DNA of 64,000 nt, taken from positions 10,508-74,507 of the forward strand of contig SVRL01000002.1 in assembly GCA_015064845.1 (NCBI GenBank), given 5' to 3'. Below the pieces are notes generated by a model. The model saw only the letters and a program-made list of their open reading frames with translations, was not told the DNA's origin and ran no database searches. The position numbers and the translations under genes were made by a program. This DNA is from Oscillospiraceae bacterium (GTDB taxonomy: Bacteria > Bacillota > Clostridia > Oscillospirales > CAG-272). This document shows, in pieces, positions 8,680 to 17,396 of the stretch. The number at the start of each line of letters is the position of its first letter. Positions within the stretch are counted from its first letter, which is position 1.

Positions 8680-10125
8680 ATGACAGCAAGTGAAAAAGAA
8701 CTTTTTTTGAAGAAACGGGAGAAGGAGAACAGTAAACCCTTTGCGTTGTTTGCTCTTTTTATCAGCCTTTCCTTTCTTGCGGCGGTTCCTGCGGCTTTGT
8801 ATTATACAGGAGAACATGCTGCGTTTTGGGATAACTTTTTTCGCATTCTGACCTCTCCTTCCAAATTGGTTACGGATTATTTTAATCTCGGCTGTCTTGC
8901 AAGTACGCTTTTCAATGCGGGACTTTGCGGTCTTGCATGCAATTTAATGATTCTGATTACGCGGACGAGAGCAAATGCCAAAACGTTTGCGGCATATATT
9001 CTTGTGATTGCGCATTGCTTTTACGGACTTAATTTTTTGAATATGTGGCCGCCTTTTATCGGCGTTTTGATTTATTGTTTGATTACCAAAAATCCCATTC
9101 GTAAAAATTTGCATATTACCATGTTTTCCACGGCACTTGCGCCCTTTATCAGTGACCTTTTATTCCGATATACAATCGGTCAATTTCATTTGGGGACCAT
9201 TCAGCTCAGCGTGATGGGAGTGGTTTTTGCAGTCCTTTTCGGAACGGTTTGCGGTTTTGTTGTTCCTGCATTGCTTCCCGGTATTGCCGCCATGCAAAGA
9301 GGCTATAATATGTATCAGGCAGGGCTTGCAGTCGGTATTTTCGGTATTGTGGCGCATGCTCTTTTATATCGAACACTCGGCTTTTCTTCGCCAGATGTGG
9401 TAATCAGGGATAATCCCGTTTACGATTCCTTCGGCCATTCCTATATTCTGTTTATGGATATCTTTTTTCTGATTTTGTTCACGACCTCAATCGTGCTCGG
9501 TTTTTTTATGAACGGGAAAAATTTTCACGGCTATCGTTTGCTGATTCGCTGCACCGGATACGGACTTGATTTTGCGGATAAATTCGGAATGCCCGTCTGC
9601 TTTATCAATTTCGGTGTGTACGGTCTTTGTATTCTTGCATATCTGAACGTGGTTTTCATGGCGCCCGAAGTTTTGCAATTGATTTTTCCTTCTCTTATGC
9701 TTCCCGAAAGTGCGGGATTCACGGGACCGACGGTGGGCGTTTTATTTGCGGCGCTGACCTTTTCTGCAGACGGTCAGCATCCGCGCAACGTGGCGCCCAT
9801 TGTTTTGGGATATATTATCCTTTCGTTTTTTGTTTGCGTTGTTTATACGTTTTTGGGAGAACCTTTGCCTTGGATACTTTCCACACAGGAATATGTCAAC
9901 GGATTGGCTTTTGCAACGGGGTTATGTCCGATTGCGGGAAAATACGGCTGGAAAAAGGGAATGATAGCGGGAATCATCCATGCAATCATCTGTACTTCCA
10001 CGTCAGGTATGCACGGAGGATTCGTTCTTTATAACGGTGGTTTTACGGCAGGTCTTACCGCTCTTATTATGATTCCCGTTCTGGATTCTTACCGTATTTA
10101 TCCGAAATATGACGATGATGATTGA
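8680..10125 (+). CDS. Polytopic integral membrane protein (possibly DUF1576 family)
   Basis: 481 aa, about 10-12 hydrophobic segments, SD GGAG 6 nt upstream. The family assignment is from memory only. Confidence 0.7.
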   Translation: MTASEKELFLKKREKENSKPFALFALFISLSFLAAVPAALYYTGEHAAFWDNFFRILTSPSKLVTDYFNLGCLASTLFNAGLCGLACNLMILITRTRANAKTFAAYILVIAHCFYGLNFLNMWPPFIGVLIYCLITKNPIRKNLHITMFSTALAPFISDLLFRYTIGQFHLGTIQLSVMGVVFAVLFGTVCGFVVPALLPGIAAMQRGYNMYQAGLAVGIFGIVAHALLYRTLGFSSPDVVIRDNPVYDSFGHSYILFMDIFFLILFTTSIVLGFFMNGKNFHGYRLLIRCTGYGLDFADKFGMPVCFINFGVYGLCILAYLNVVFMAPEVLQLIFPSLMLPESAGFTGPTVGVLFAALTFSADGQHPRNVAPIVLGYIILSFFVCVVYTFLGEPLPWILSTQEYVNGLAFATGLCPIAGKYGWKKGMIAGIIHAIICTSTSGMHGGFVLYNGGFTAGLTALIMIPVLDSYRIYPKYDDDD

Positions 10126-10130
10126 TTTTT

Positions 10131-10162
10131 TGCCTTTCCGAAAGGGAGGGCATTCTTTTTTT
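10131..10162 (+). terminator. Rho-independent terminator of the membrane-protein gene
   Basis: Stem tgcctttcc, GAAA loop, stem gggagggca (with G-U pairs), then TTCTTTTTTT. Confidence 0.8.
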
Positions 10163-10214
10163 CTTTCGGGAAAAGGTAATTGAGAAACGATGCAAAAATA
10201 AATTCAAAAAACTA

Positions 10215-10243
10215 TTGCGAAAATCGTAAATTTGGTGTATACT
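10215..10243 (+). promoter_or_regulatory. Candidate promoter driving the rnj leader
   Basis: TTGCGA (10215-10220), 17-bp spacer, TATACT (10238-10243). I found no better promoter closer to rnj. Confidence 0.5.
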
Positions 10244-10437
10244 GTAGTAAGAGAGCGGAAAAATGAATTTCCGCGTTTGATTTGAAATAATTTGAACACA
10301 ATATAAACAGGATCCGAACCAAGCATTGCGGTTAAGGCTTTTGATCGGATGTCTGTGCCGTTATTATCTTTTCGTGCGAAGGCTTTACTTTTGGATGCGT
10401 GAAATTTTTGCACGATACATATTGAATCAGATTATTG

Positions 10438-10470
10438 CTTGAACCAAGGGGAAATGTTCAAGATTTTTTG
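10438..10470 (+). terminator. Intrinsic terminator-like hairpin inside the rnj leader (candidate attenuator)
   Basis: CTTGAAC (10438-10444), 11-nt loop, GTTCAAG (10456-10462), then ATTTTTTG. A second hairpin GTGTTGC...GCAACAC (10470-10499) follows. Confidence 0.55.
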
Positions 10471-10545
10471 TGTTGCTTAAATTTTATTTTTGGCAACACT
10501 GTCTGTTTTTGAAATCATTATTACAGTAAAGAAAGGATTTATTCT

Positions 10546-12225
10546 ATGGCGAGAACCAAAGGAAAACTAAAAAAATTAAGAGTCATCCCTCTGGGCGGAC
10601 TTGGAGAAATCGGAAAAAACCTGACTGTACTTGAATACAGCGACAATATACTCATCATCGACTGCGGACTTGGATTTCCGAACGACGATATGCTCGGCGT
10701 TGACCTCGTAGTCAACGATATCACGTATCTGGTCAGCAATGCCGAAAAGATTAAGGGAATTGTTCTGACGCATGGACATGAAGACCACATCGGAGGAATT
10801 CCGTTCTTATTGCAGAAATTGGAGGTGCCGATCTACGGTACGAGATTGACGCTCGGCATTCTGGAAAATAAGTTGGCAGAGCATGAACTCGGGTTTGAAC
10901 CGGAATTGAATTGCGTGAGCGCGGGAGACATTCTGAAACTCGGTCTTTTTGAAGTGGAATTTATCCACGTCAACCACTCTATTGCCGATGCGTGTGCGCT
11001 TGCAATCAAGACCCCTCTCGGTATGATCGTGCATACGGGGGACTTTAAGATTGATACCACGCCTGTAAGCGGAGAGATGACGGATTTGACGAGATTCGGT
11101 CAGCTCGGGAAAGAAGGAGTTTTGCTTTTGATGGCGGAATCCACCAACGTGGAACGTCCCGGATTTACACCTTCGGAACATAAAATTGCGGAATCTCTCG
11201 TTCGTATTTTTGATATTTATAAAGATAAGCGCGTGGTCATTGCAACGTTTTCTTCCAATGTCCATCGCATTCAGCACATCATCACAAGCTCTGTCAATGC
11301 GGGCAGAAAGGTCGCTGTTACGGGACGGAGTATGATCAATATCGTTTCTGCGGCTGTGGATCTCGGTTACATGAATATTCCCGAAGGAACGCTCATTGAT
11401 ATCAGCGAAAGCAAGAAATATCCTCCCGAAAAACTGACCGTTATTTCCACGGGAAGCCAAGGCGAGCCGATGTCTGCGCTTTACCGCATGGCGTTCAATA
11501 TGCACGATAAAATCGAATTGGGTACGGATGATGTGGTTGTTATCAGTGCTTCCGCGATTCCCGGAAACGAAAAGCTTGTCGGAAACATCATCAACGAGCT
11601 GTATAGAAAAGGTGTCCGCGTTCTCAATGACAGCGTTGCCGAAGTTCATGTTTCGGGGCACGCTTGCCAGGAAGAATTGAAAATTATTCATGCATTGACC
11701 AAACCGCAGTATTTTATGCCCGTTCACGGTGAGGCAAGACATCTCTATCATCATAAAGAGCTTGCCGAATATATGGGGATGGAACCCAATCATATCTTCG
11801 TTTCGGAAAACGGGAAAATTCTGGAGATTGGAACGGACGGAGCAAAATTTAACGGAACGGTTCCCGCAGGTCTCATTCTGGTTGACGGTACGGGTGTCGG
11901 TGATGTCGGAAACGTTGTTCTGCGAGACAGACGACATCTTTCCGAGGATGGTATTATTATCGTGGTGGCAACCATCGATGCGCAGGCGTGCGATATCATT
12001 TCGGGACCGGAGATCGTTTCGCGCGGATTCGTTTACGCTAAGGAAAGCGAGCCTTTGATTGAACAGATTCGCATGATCTCCCGAGAAGCGCTTTATCATT
12101 GTCTGGATAAAGGCGTTCACGATTGGGCGCAGTTGAAATTCAAAATGAAAGAAGATCTTTCTAAATTTATTTATTCTCAAACCAAACGCAAACCGATGAT
12201 TTTGCCGATCATTATGGATATCTGA
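10546..12225 (+). CDS. rnj: Ribonuclease J
   Basis: 559 aa. Has the metallo-beta-lactamase HGHEDHIGG motif, a beta-CASP region and a C-terminal domain. The N-terminus KLRVIPLGGLGEIGKN is typical of RNase J. Confidence 0.95.
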   Translation: MARTKGKLKKLRVIPLGGLGEIGKNLTVLEYSDNILIIDCGLGFPNDDMLGVDLVVNDITYLVSNAEKIKGIVLTHGHEDHIGGIPFLLQKLEVPIYGTRLTLGILENKLAEHELGFEPELNCVSAGDILKLGLFEVEFIHVNHSIADACALAIKTPLGMIVHTGDFKIDTTPVSGEMTDLTRFGQLGKEGVLLLMAESTNVERPGFTPSEHKIAESLVRIFDIYKDKRVVIATFSSNVHRIQHIITSSVNAGRKVAVTGRSMINIVSAAVDLGYMNIPEGTLIDISESKKYPPEKLTVISTGSQGEPMSALYRMAFNMHDKIELGTDDVVVISASAIPGNEKLVGNIINELYRKGVRVLNDSVAEVHVSGHACQEELKIIHALTKPQYFMPVHGEARHLYHHKELAEYMGMEPNHIFVSENGKILEIGTDGAKFNGTVPAGLILVDGTGVGDVGNVVLRDRRHLSEDGIIIVVATIDAQACDIISGPEIVSRGFVYAKESEPLIEQIRMISREALYHCLDKGVHDWAQLKFKMKEDLSKFIYSQTKRKPMILPIIMDI

Positions 12226-12254
12226 TCGGATGTTGAAAGGAAAGGACTCAGATT

Positions 12255-15152
12255 ATGAACATGAATTCTCATAACCGTGTAAGTTGCGGCGCATACTATC
12301 CCGAATCTCCCATCATCGGCAGATTCGTTTCTCCTTGGGATACCAGCGGTTGGTATTCCGTTTATGCAAATTTTGCCGTTGGCGCAAAACTTCATTCCAA
12401 TGAAGAAGTAACCGCTTCGGCAGTTCCCGCGCGCTATGTCGGCGCGGATTACATCATGACCTTCAATTCCCGCGCAGATGGGTTCGACGATAAGCAAGAG
12501 GTGGATTTCTTCTGCGAAAGAGATGCCGTTGTTGCCGTTGCTTTGGATGAAACCATGCCGATTCCCGCATGGACGGAGGATTTTTTTGCTACGGGCGATA
12601 AAATCACAGGCTCAGACGGCAGATCTTACGTGATTTTTGAAAAAGCTTACGAAGAAGGTGAGCTTGTACATATTCCCGGTATTGAAGGCGATTGCAATCA
12701 TTTCATTGTTCTTGCGCTCGCAACCGCAGACGAAGAAAAACGCGCCTTGGCGCAGGTTCCCGTGATGGGAGAAGCGCTTCCCGCATACGAAAAAAGAGAA
12801 TACAAGAGCTACCTCGTTGAGGTATTCAATAAAGAAAACGCACTCGAACGCTTTGGCGGACACGGTTGTACGATCAAGACGAGAGAAAGCGATGCCAAGG
12901 ACGGTTACGTTTCCATGACGGCGGATTCTTATCTCTCCTATCCGATTGAAAATGCTTCTTCCCGTATCGTCATGACAGCAAAGCTGAACTGCAAGGAAGG
13001 TATTCTTGCGGCGGCAATTCTCGGAGAGTCTGGCGCGATTTGCGGTGCGGTTCTGGACGGAGATACGCTTTGCACGATGGACGGAGAAGTCATTCTGCCT
13101 TACGCGCAGGGAGAAGACATGGAACTTCGCATTGTTTTGGATACCGAGCGCGGCGAATATGACGTTTGGGCAAATACACGCGTTGCCGTAAAAGGCGTGG
13201 AAGTCATCAGCAATGCGGAACCGCTTGCCGTTGGTTTTTCCTGTGACGGTACGGGTGAACTCGATAATCTTTACGTGTTTGACGATACCGAAATTTATGC
13301 GGTACGCGAAGAATTTACTTCTGATGAAATCGATATGACTCCTACTGAAAATGCTTCCGTTACTTTGGAAAATCTTCCTTTTGCAAGCGATAAGAGCGTT
13401 TCTCTCGTTTCCGAAAACGATGACGATGCAAGCGCAGAATACAGATTCCCTGCAATTTCCGGCGTGGCTACGATCGAAACCAAGGTTCATCCCGAAGATG
13501 AAAGCCTTGTGATCGTTCCCGCGATTACCGACGATCAGGGTAACGTGGCTTGCAGAGTTGCTTTCTATAAAAACTGTTTGTTTGCAACCAACGGCAACGA
13601 TTGGGTTGAAATTTTTGAAGGTCTTGTTGACTGGCAGTACTATCCTTCCGGTAACTGGTATAATCTTAAGATTTCCGTGGATACCGAAAACTCCGTATAT
13701 ACCTTGATGGTAGACGGTGCTGTCCGCGCAAAGAATTTTGTTTTGGCAACACCCGTTAAAAGCGTGTCCCGTCTGGTTTATACTGCTCAGGCAGGCACCA
13801 GACTTCTCATTAACAGAATCCGCATTTATGACGCATGGGATTTCTCTCGCGGTGTGATTCCCGCCGCTCCCGTCTTTGACGTTACCAAAGCTCCCTATAA
13901 CGCTTTGGGCGACGGTAAGACTTTGGATACCGCGGCAATTCAGAAAGCCATCGATGATGCCGCGTATACGGGCGGTACCGTATACGTTCACGATGGCGTA
14001 TTCTTCTCGGGTGAGCTTTTCCTCAGATCCGATATGACACTTTTCGTTGACAGAACCGCAACCATTCTCGGTACACAGGACCACGGAGAATATCCTTTGC
14101 AGCAGCCTTACGCAAGCCTTTGCGCACACCGTCAGCTCGGCAGAGGTCTTGTATACGGTCATGAAGTGTCCAACGTCCGCGTAACGGGCGGCGGTATGCT
14201 TGACGGTAACGGAAGATATCGCTTCAAGATGAATGACCCGCTCGGTGACAGACGTGTGGAAGATGCGCGTCCCGACCTTGTATATATTACTTATTCCAAA
14301 GGTGTTACGGTAGAAAATATCAACTTCAAGAGCAGCTGCTTCTGGACGGTTGTCCCGCTTTCCAGCGGAAACGTTCTGATCCGCGGTTTGAATCTTGACT
14401 GTATGAACACGCCGAACCGTGACGGTATCGACCCCGTTGACTGCCACGATATGACCATTTACGGCTGTAACGTGATGGCAGGTGACGACGGACTTTGCTT
14501 CAAGAGCTCCGATCCCGTAGGCTGTTATAACATTGACGTTGACGATATGATGATTCAGAGTTTGGCTTCCGGTATCAAATTCGGTACGGATACTTACTAT
14601 TGCCTCAAGGATGCAAAGATCAGAGGTTGTACGGTTAAAAACGTAAACCGTTGCGGTATCTCTCTTGAAACCGTTGACGGTGCGGCTGTTGAAAACGTTC
14701 TCTTTGAACGCATTGACATGACTGACGTAGGCGCTCCCGTTTACGTTACCGTTGGCGAACGTAACCGTCTGCCCCGTCAGGAGGGCATTCCCACCCGTTG
14801 GGGTTATATCAAGGGCGTTACCTTCCGCGATCTCCGTTTTGAAAAGCCTTATCCGTTCAGCCACAGAAAATTCATCCGTGAAACCTTGGTGATCGGTCAA
14901 AATGAAAATCAGCGCGTTGAAGACGTTGTATTTGAAAACTGCCACTTCGAGCTTCCCGGCGGCGCAACGGAACAGTTTGGATGTCCCAAGACCATCAATA
15001 AGGGTTATCCCGAATATGACCGCCACGGACCTTCCGCAGGCTCAAAATTCACCATTCGCTTTGCGAAAAACGTGGTAATCAGAAATTCCGAGATTACGCT
15101 TGATAATCCCGATGTACGTCCCGATGTTGCTTACTTTGATTACGAAGAATAA
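12255..15152 (+). CDS. Multidomain glycoside hydrolase family 28 protein (two LamG-like modules plus polygalacturonase-like beta-helix), no signal peptide
   Basis: 965 aa. The C-terminal ~430 aa carry GH28 hallmarks (NRDGIDP, GDDGLCFKS, SGIKFGT) after a pectate-lyase-3-like DVTKAPYNALGDGKTLDTAAIQKAID. The N-terminal ~530 aa look like two jelly-roll modules. Confidence 0.85.
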   Translation: MNMNSHNRVSCGAYYPESPIIGRFVSPWDTSGWYSVYANFAVGAKLHSNEEVTASAVPARYVGADYIMTFNSRADGFDDKQEVDFFCERDAVVAVALDETMPIPAWTEDFFATGDKITGSDGRSYVIFEKAYEEGELVHIPGIEGDCNHFIVLALATADEEKRALAQVPVMGEALPAYEKREYKSYLVEVFNKENALERFGGHGCTIKTRESDAKDGYVSMTADSYLSYPIENASSRIVMTAKLNCKEGILAAAILGESGAICGAVLDGDTLCTMDGEVILPYAQGEDMELRIVLDTERGEYDVWANTRVAVKGVEVISNAEPLAVGFSCDGTGELDNLYVFDDTEIYAVREEFTSDEIDMTPTENASVTLENLPFASDKSVSLVSENDDDASAEYRFPAISGVATIETKVHPEDESLVIVPAITDDQGNVACRVAFYKNCLFATNGNDWVEIFEGLVDWQYYPSGNWYNLKISVDTENSVYTLMVDGAVRAKNFVLATPVKSVSRLVYTAQAGTRLLINRIRIYDAWDFSRGVIPAAPVFDVTKAPYNALGDGKTLDTAAIQKAIDDAAYTGGTVYVHDGVFFSGELFLRSDMTLFVDRTATILGTQDHGEYPLQQPYASLCAHRQLGRGLVYGHEVSNVRVTGGGMLDGNGRYRFKMNDPLGDRRVEDARPDLVYITYSKGVTVENINFKSSCFWTVVPLSSGNVLIRGLNLDCMNTPNRDGIDPVDCHDMTIYGCNVMAGDDGLCFKSSDPVGCYNIDVDDMMIQSLASGIKFGTDTYYCLKDAKIRGCTVKNVNRCGISLETVDGAAVENVLFERIDMTDVGAPVYVTVGERNRLPRQEGIPTRWGYIKGVTFRDLRFEKPYPFSHRKFIRETLVIGQNENQRVEDVVFENCHFELPGGATEQFGCPKTINKGYPEYDRHGPSAGSKFTIRFAKNVVIRNSEITLDNPDVRPDVAYFDYEE

Positions 15153-15182
15153 TCGGATCGTTTGAATTTGACTAAAAATAAC

Positions 15183-15213
15183 AGAGCGAGCGTTTTATGC
15201 GCTCGCTCTTTGG
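15183..15213 (+). terminator. GC-rich hairpin after the GH28 gene (weak U-tract)
   Basis: 10-bp stem agagcgagcg (15183-15192) / cgctcgctct (15200-15209), then TTGGTT. The ORF-track ATG at 15197 lies in the loop. Confidence 0.5.
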
Positions 15214-15226
15214 TTCAGGAGGAAAA

Positions 15227-16231
15227 ATGAATATTACAGAAAAACAGTTGTGTGAAATGATGAAGGGATTTATATCCTTTGTGCAGAAAGACGGCTGGTT
15301 CCGCTTTTCACGCTTTACGAATAAACAAAGCAATTATTATTTTGAAAAAACCCCCGATACTTTATATCCGAAAACTCTTGCTACTGCGGGAATGAAATTG
15401 GAATGCATAACCAATGCGGAAGAACTTTCCTTTGACTTCCGTGTATTCGCCGCTTCCAGCCGTACCTTCTATTCTGTTGATCTTTATATCGACGGCATTC
15501 TCTGCGACCAGATGTACGTTATGAATTTTTTGAGAAAAAAGAGCGGTCATGTTTCATTTGCGTTACCCGAGGGTACGCATCGCATAACGATCTATTTCCC
15601 GAATCTTATGCGCATGGATCTTGCCAATATCTGTCTGACAGGTGCCGGCTTTGCCGAACCCGTTTCGTCCAAAATGAAAATCCTTTGCCTCGGAGATTCC
15701 ATTACGCAGGGTTACGATGCTTATCATTCCTCTTTGTCCTATGTGAATCGTCTTTCGGAAACATTGGATGCGGAAATCCTCGATCAGGCAATCGGAGGAG
15801 AAATTTTTGACGCAAAAATTTTGGATGAGGAACTTCCTTTCGATTCCGATCTTGTGCTTGTGGCTTACGGTACGAACGATTGGGCGGTTCAGCCGAATTA
15901 TGAAACGTTTATAACGGCGGCGGAAGAGTTTTTCAAAAAAATCAAGGAAATTTATCCCGAGAAAAAGCTCGTATATATCTCTCCCATCTGGCGCGGTGAT
16001 TTCCAAAGACCATTCGGAAATCAAGATACCAATGTCGGCGCGTTTGACGAGTCTGTAGCGGCTTTGCAAAGTCTTGCAAAAGAAAATGGCTTATTCGTCG
16101 TGGACGGTATCTCCCTGACACCGCATATTTCCGATTTCTTTGCGGATCAGATTTTACATCCCAATGATCTTGGTTTCGGTTTTTATGCGGAAAATCTTTT
16201 GAAGGCACTGAAAAAAGAAGATTTGATTTAA
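15227..16231 (+). CDS. SGNH/GDSL hydrolase (carbohydrate acetylesterase-like) with N-terminal beta-sandwich
   Basis: AGGAGG lies 6 nt upstream of the ATG at 15227. Has block I ILCLGDSITQG and the AYGTNDW block. Adjacent to GH28. Confidence 0.8.
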   Translation: MNITEKQLCEMMKGFISFVQKDGWFRFSRFTNKQSNYYFEKTPDTLYPKTLATAGMKLECITNAEELSFDFRVFAASSRTFYSVDLYIDGILCDQMYVMNFLRKKSGHVSFALPEGTHRITIYFPNLMRMDLANICLTGAGFAEPVSSKMKILCLGDSITQGYDAYHSSLSYVNRLSETLDAEILDQAIGGEIFDAKILDEELPFDSDLVLVAYGTNDWAVQPNYETFITAAEEFFKKIKEIYPEKKLVYISPIWRGDFQRPFGNQDTNVGAFDESVAALQSLAKENGLFVVDGISLTPHISDFFADQILHPNDLGFGFYAENLLKALKKEDLI

Positions 16232-16236
16232 AAACA

Positions 16237-16272
16237 AAATGCTCGTCTCAAAATTGAGTCGAGCATTTTTCT
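16237..16272. terminator. Bidirectional terminator between the SGNH gene and the convergent membrane-protein gene
   Basis: Stem aaatgctcgtctca / tgagtcgagcattt (one mismatch), followed by TTTT. Confidence 0.7.
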
Positions 16273-16286
16273 TATGATAAACTGAG

Positions 16287-16814
16287 TTAATTATGTTCAA
16301 ACAAAAAGTGATATCGGTCTTTTCGGATACGCCATCTGTAAAAGACTGCGATTGCTTGATAACCAACAACAAACAGAACAAAAGAAAGAATCCAATTTCC
16401 GATTTTCGACAATTCTAAACCTATCGGTGCCAATATTACGAAAAATGTTTGAAAATAACCTTTTATAAAACCGAAAACGAAAACCTGCAAAGACAGACCG
16501 ATGGTGTAATATACGAGGATCGGCAAAGCTTCTTGCTTTAAAAACACGAAATAATCTTCTTTCAACGTAATTTTGTGGTCTCTCGGCAAAGAATCCAAAT
16601 ATCGGCGTTGTTTTTCAGACGTGCCATAGATCCACCAATTCAAAATAAACCAATAGAAAACGAATATGATGAGTCTGTATAACTCAATTATCCCCCATTG
16701 GTCCATAAATCCCATCAATAGATTTGATATAAAACCCGATAATCCCCATAGGACAACTGTCAGCATTGTTCCAATGACAAAATTTTTTAAGCCAACCAGC
16801 CAATTGTTATTCAT
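16287..16814 (-). CDS. Hypothetical membrane protein (175 aa, about 5 TM)
   Basis: Hydrophobic segments throughout. SD aaggaag. Preceded by a TGtTATAAT promoter (-10 at 16918-16923, minus) and a ~95-nt leader. Confidence 0.7.
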   Translation of the reverse strand: MNNNWLVGLKNFVIGTMLTVVLWGLSGFISNLLMGFMDQWGIIELYRLIIFVFYWFILNWWIYGTSEKQRRYLDSLPRDHKITLKEDYFVFLKQEALPILVYYTIGLSLQVFVFGFIKGYFQTFFVILAPIGLELSKIGNWILSFVLFVVGYQAIAVFYRWRIRKDRYHFLFEHN

Positions 16815-16927
16815 ATATAATCTTCCTTTTTATTTTCGTATTACAAACGCGTCGGACGAACTCATACACTTGAAGACATATAAGAGCACTCCCTCGCAGA
16901 GGCTCTTCGTTAGCTCCATTATAACAC

Positions 16928-16958
16928 AAAATCGGAAGAAAGAAAAGCCTTTCTGCCG
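16928..16958 (-). terminator. Probable terminator of rnpB
   Basis: On the minus strand: cggcagaaagg...cttttctttcttccg hairpin (9 of 10 bp), followed by ATTTTGTG, ~60 nt after the RNase P RNA 3' end. Confidence 0.55.
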
Positions 16959-17015
16959 AAATTTGTAAATATTCCTATTAGCATCATCCTAAATGGACGA
17001 TTTATTTTTGTATAG

Positions 17016-17388
17016 AAAACCGATCGTCCTGTAAGCCGGGTTCTGTCGAGAACAATCATCTATCTTTGCCTTTTGTTGCCAAAAGGCTCATAAGGGTTTC
17101 CCCTTACTGCCACCGCGCATAGAGCTTTCGCTCGGTCGGGCAAACCAAATCTGCGGGGTGTTGCTTCGGATAGGGTTTACATGGCACAGGCAGTTACCTG
17201 TCTGTCGGTGAGCTCTTACCTCGCCTTTCCATCCTTACCGCGTAAAGCGGCGGTTTATTTCTGTTGCACTTTCCCGGGAGTCGCCTCCGGCGGACGTTAT
17301 CCGTTATCCTGCCCTGTGAAGCCCGGACTTTCCTCACGATAATACCTTTCGGCAACATATCGCGCGATTGTTCGGCACGGTCGGTTTT
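17016..17388 (-). ncRNA. rnpB: RNase P RNA, bacterial type A
   Basis: The minus strand reads GAGGAAAGTCCGGGCTTCACAGGGCAGGATAAC (CR-I, plus 17321-17335), AGTGCAACAGAAATAAACCGCC, GGTAAGAGCTCACCG, and ACAGAACCCGGCTTA (CR-V, plus 17032-17046). A P1 helix forms between aaaaccgaccgt and acgatcggtttt. It is colinear with E. coli M1 RNA as I recall it. Ends are +/-10 nt. Confidence 0.92.
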
Positions 17389-17396
17389 TTGCGAAA

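Noticed and set aside
10807-12180. 457-aa ORF antisense to rnj
   Set aside because: It is a codon-aligned shadow of RNase J, whose identity is unambiguous.
12612-15026. 804-aa ORF antisense to the GH28 gene
   Set aside because: It is a codon-aligned shadow ORF. The sense strand carries clear GH28 motifs, and the antisense product has no recognisable domain.
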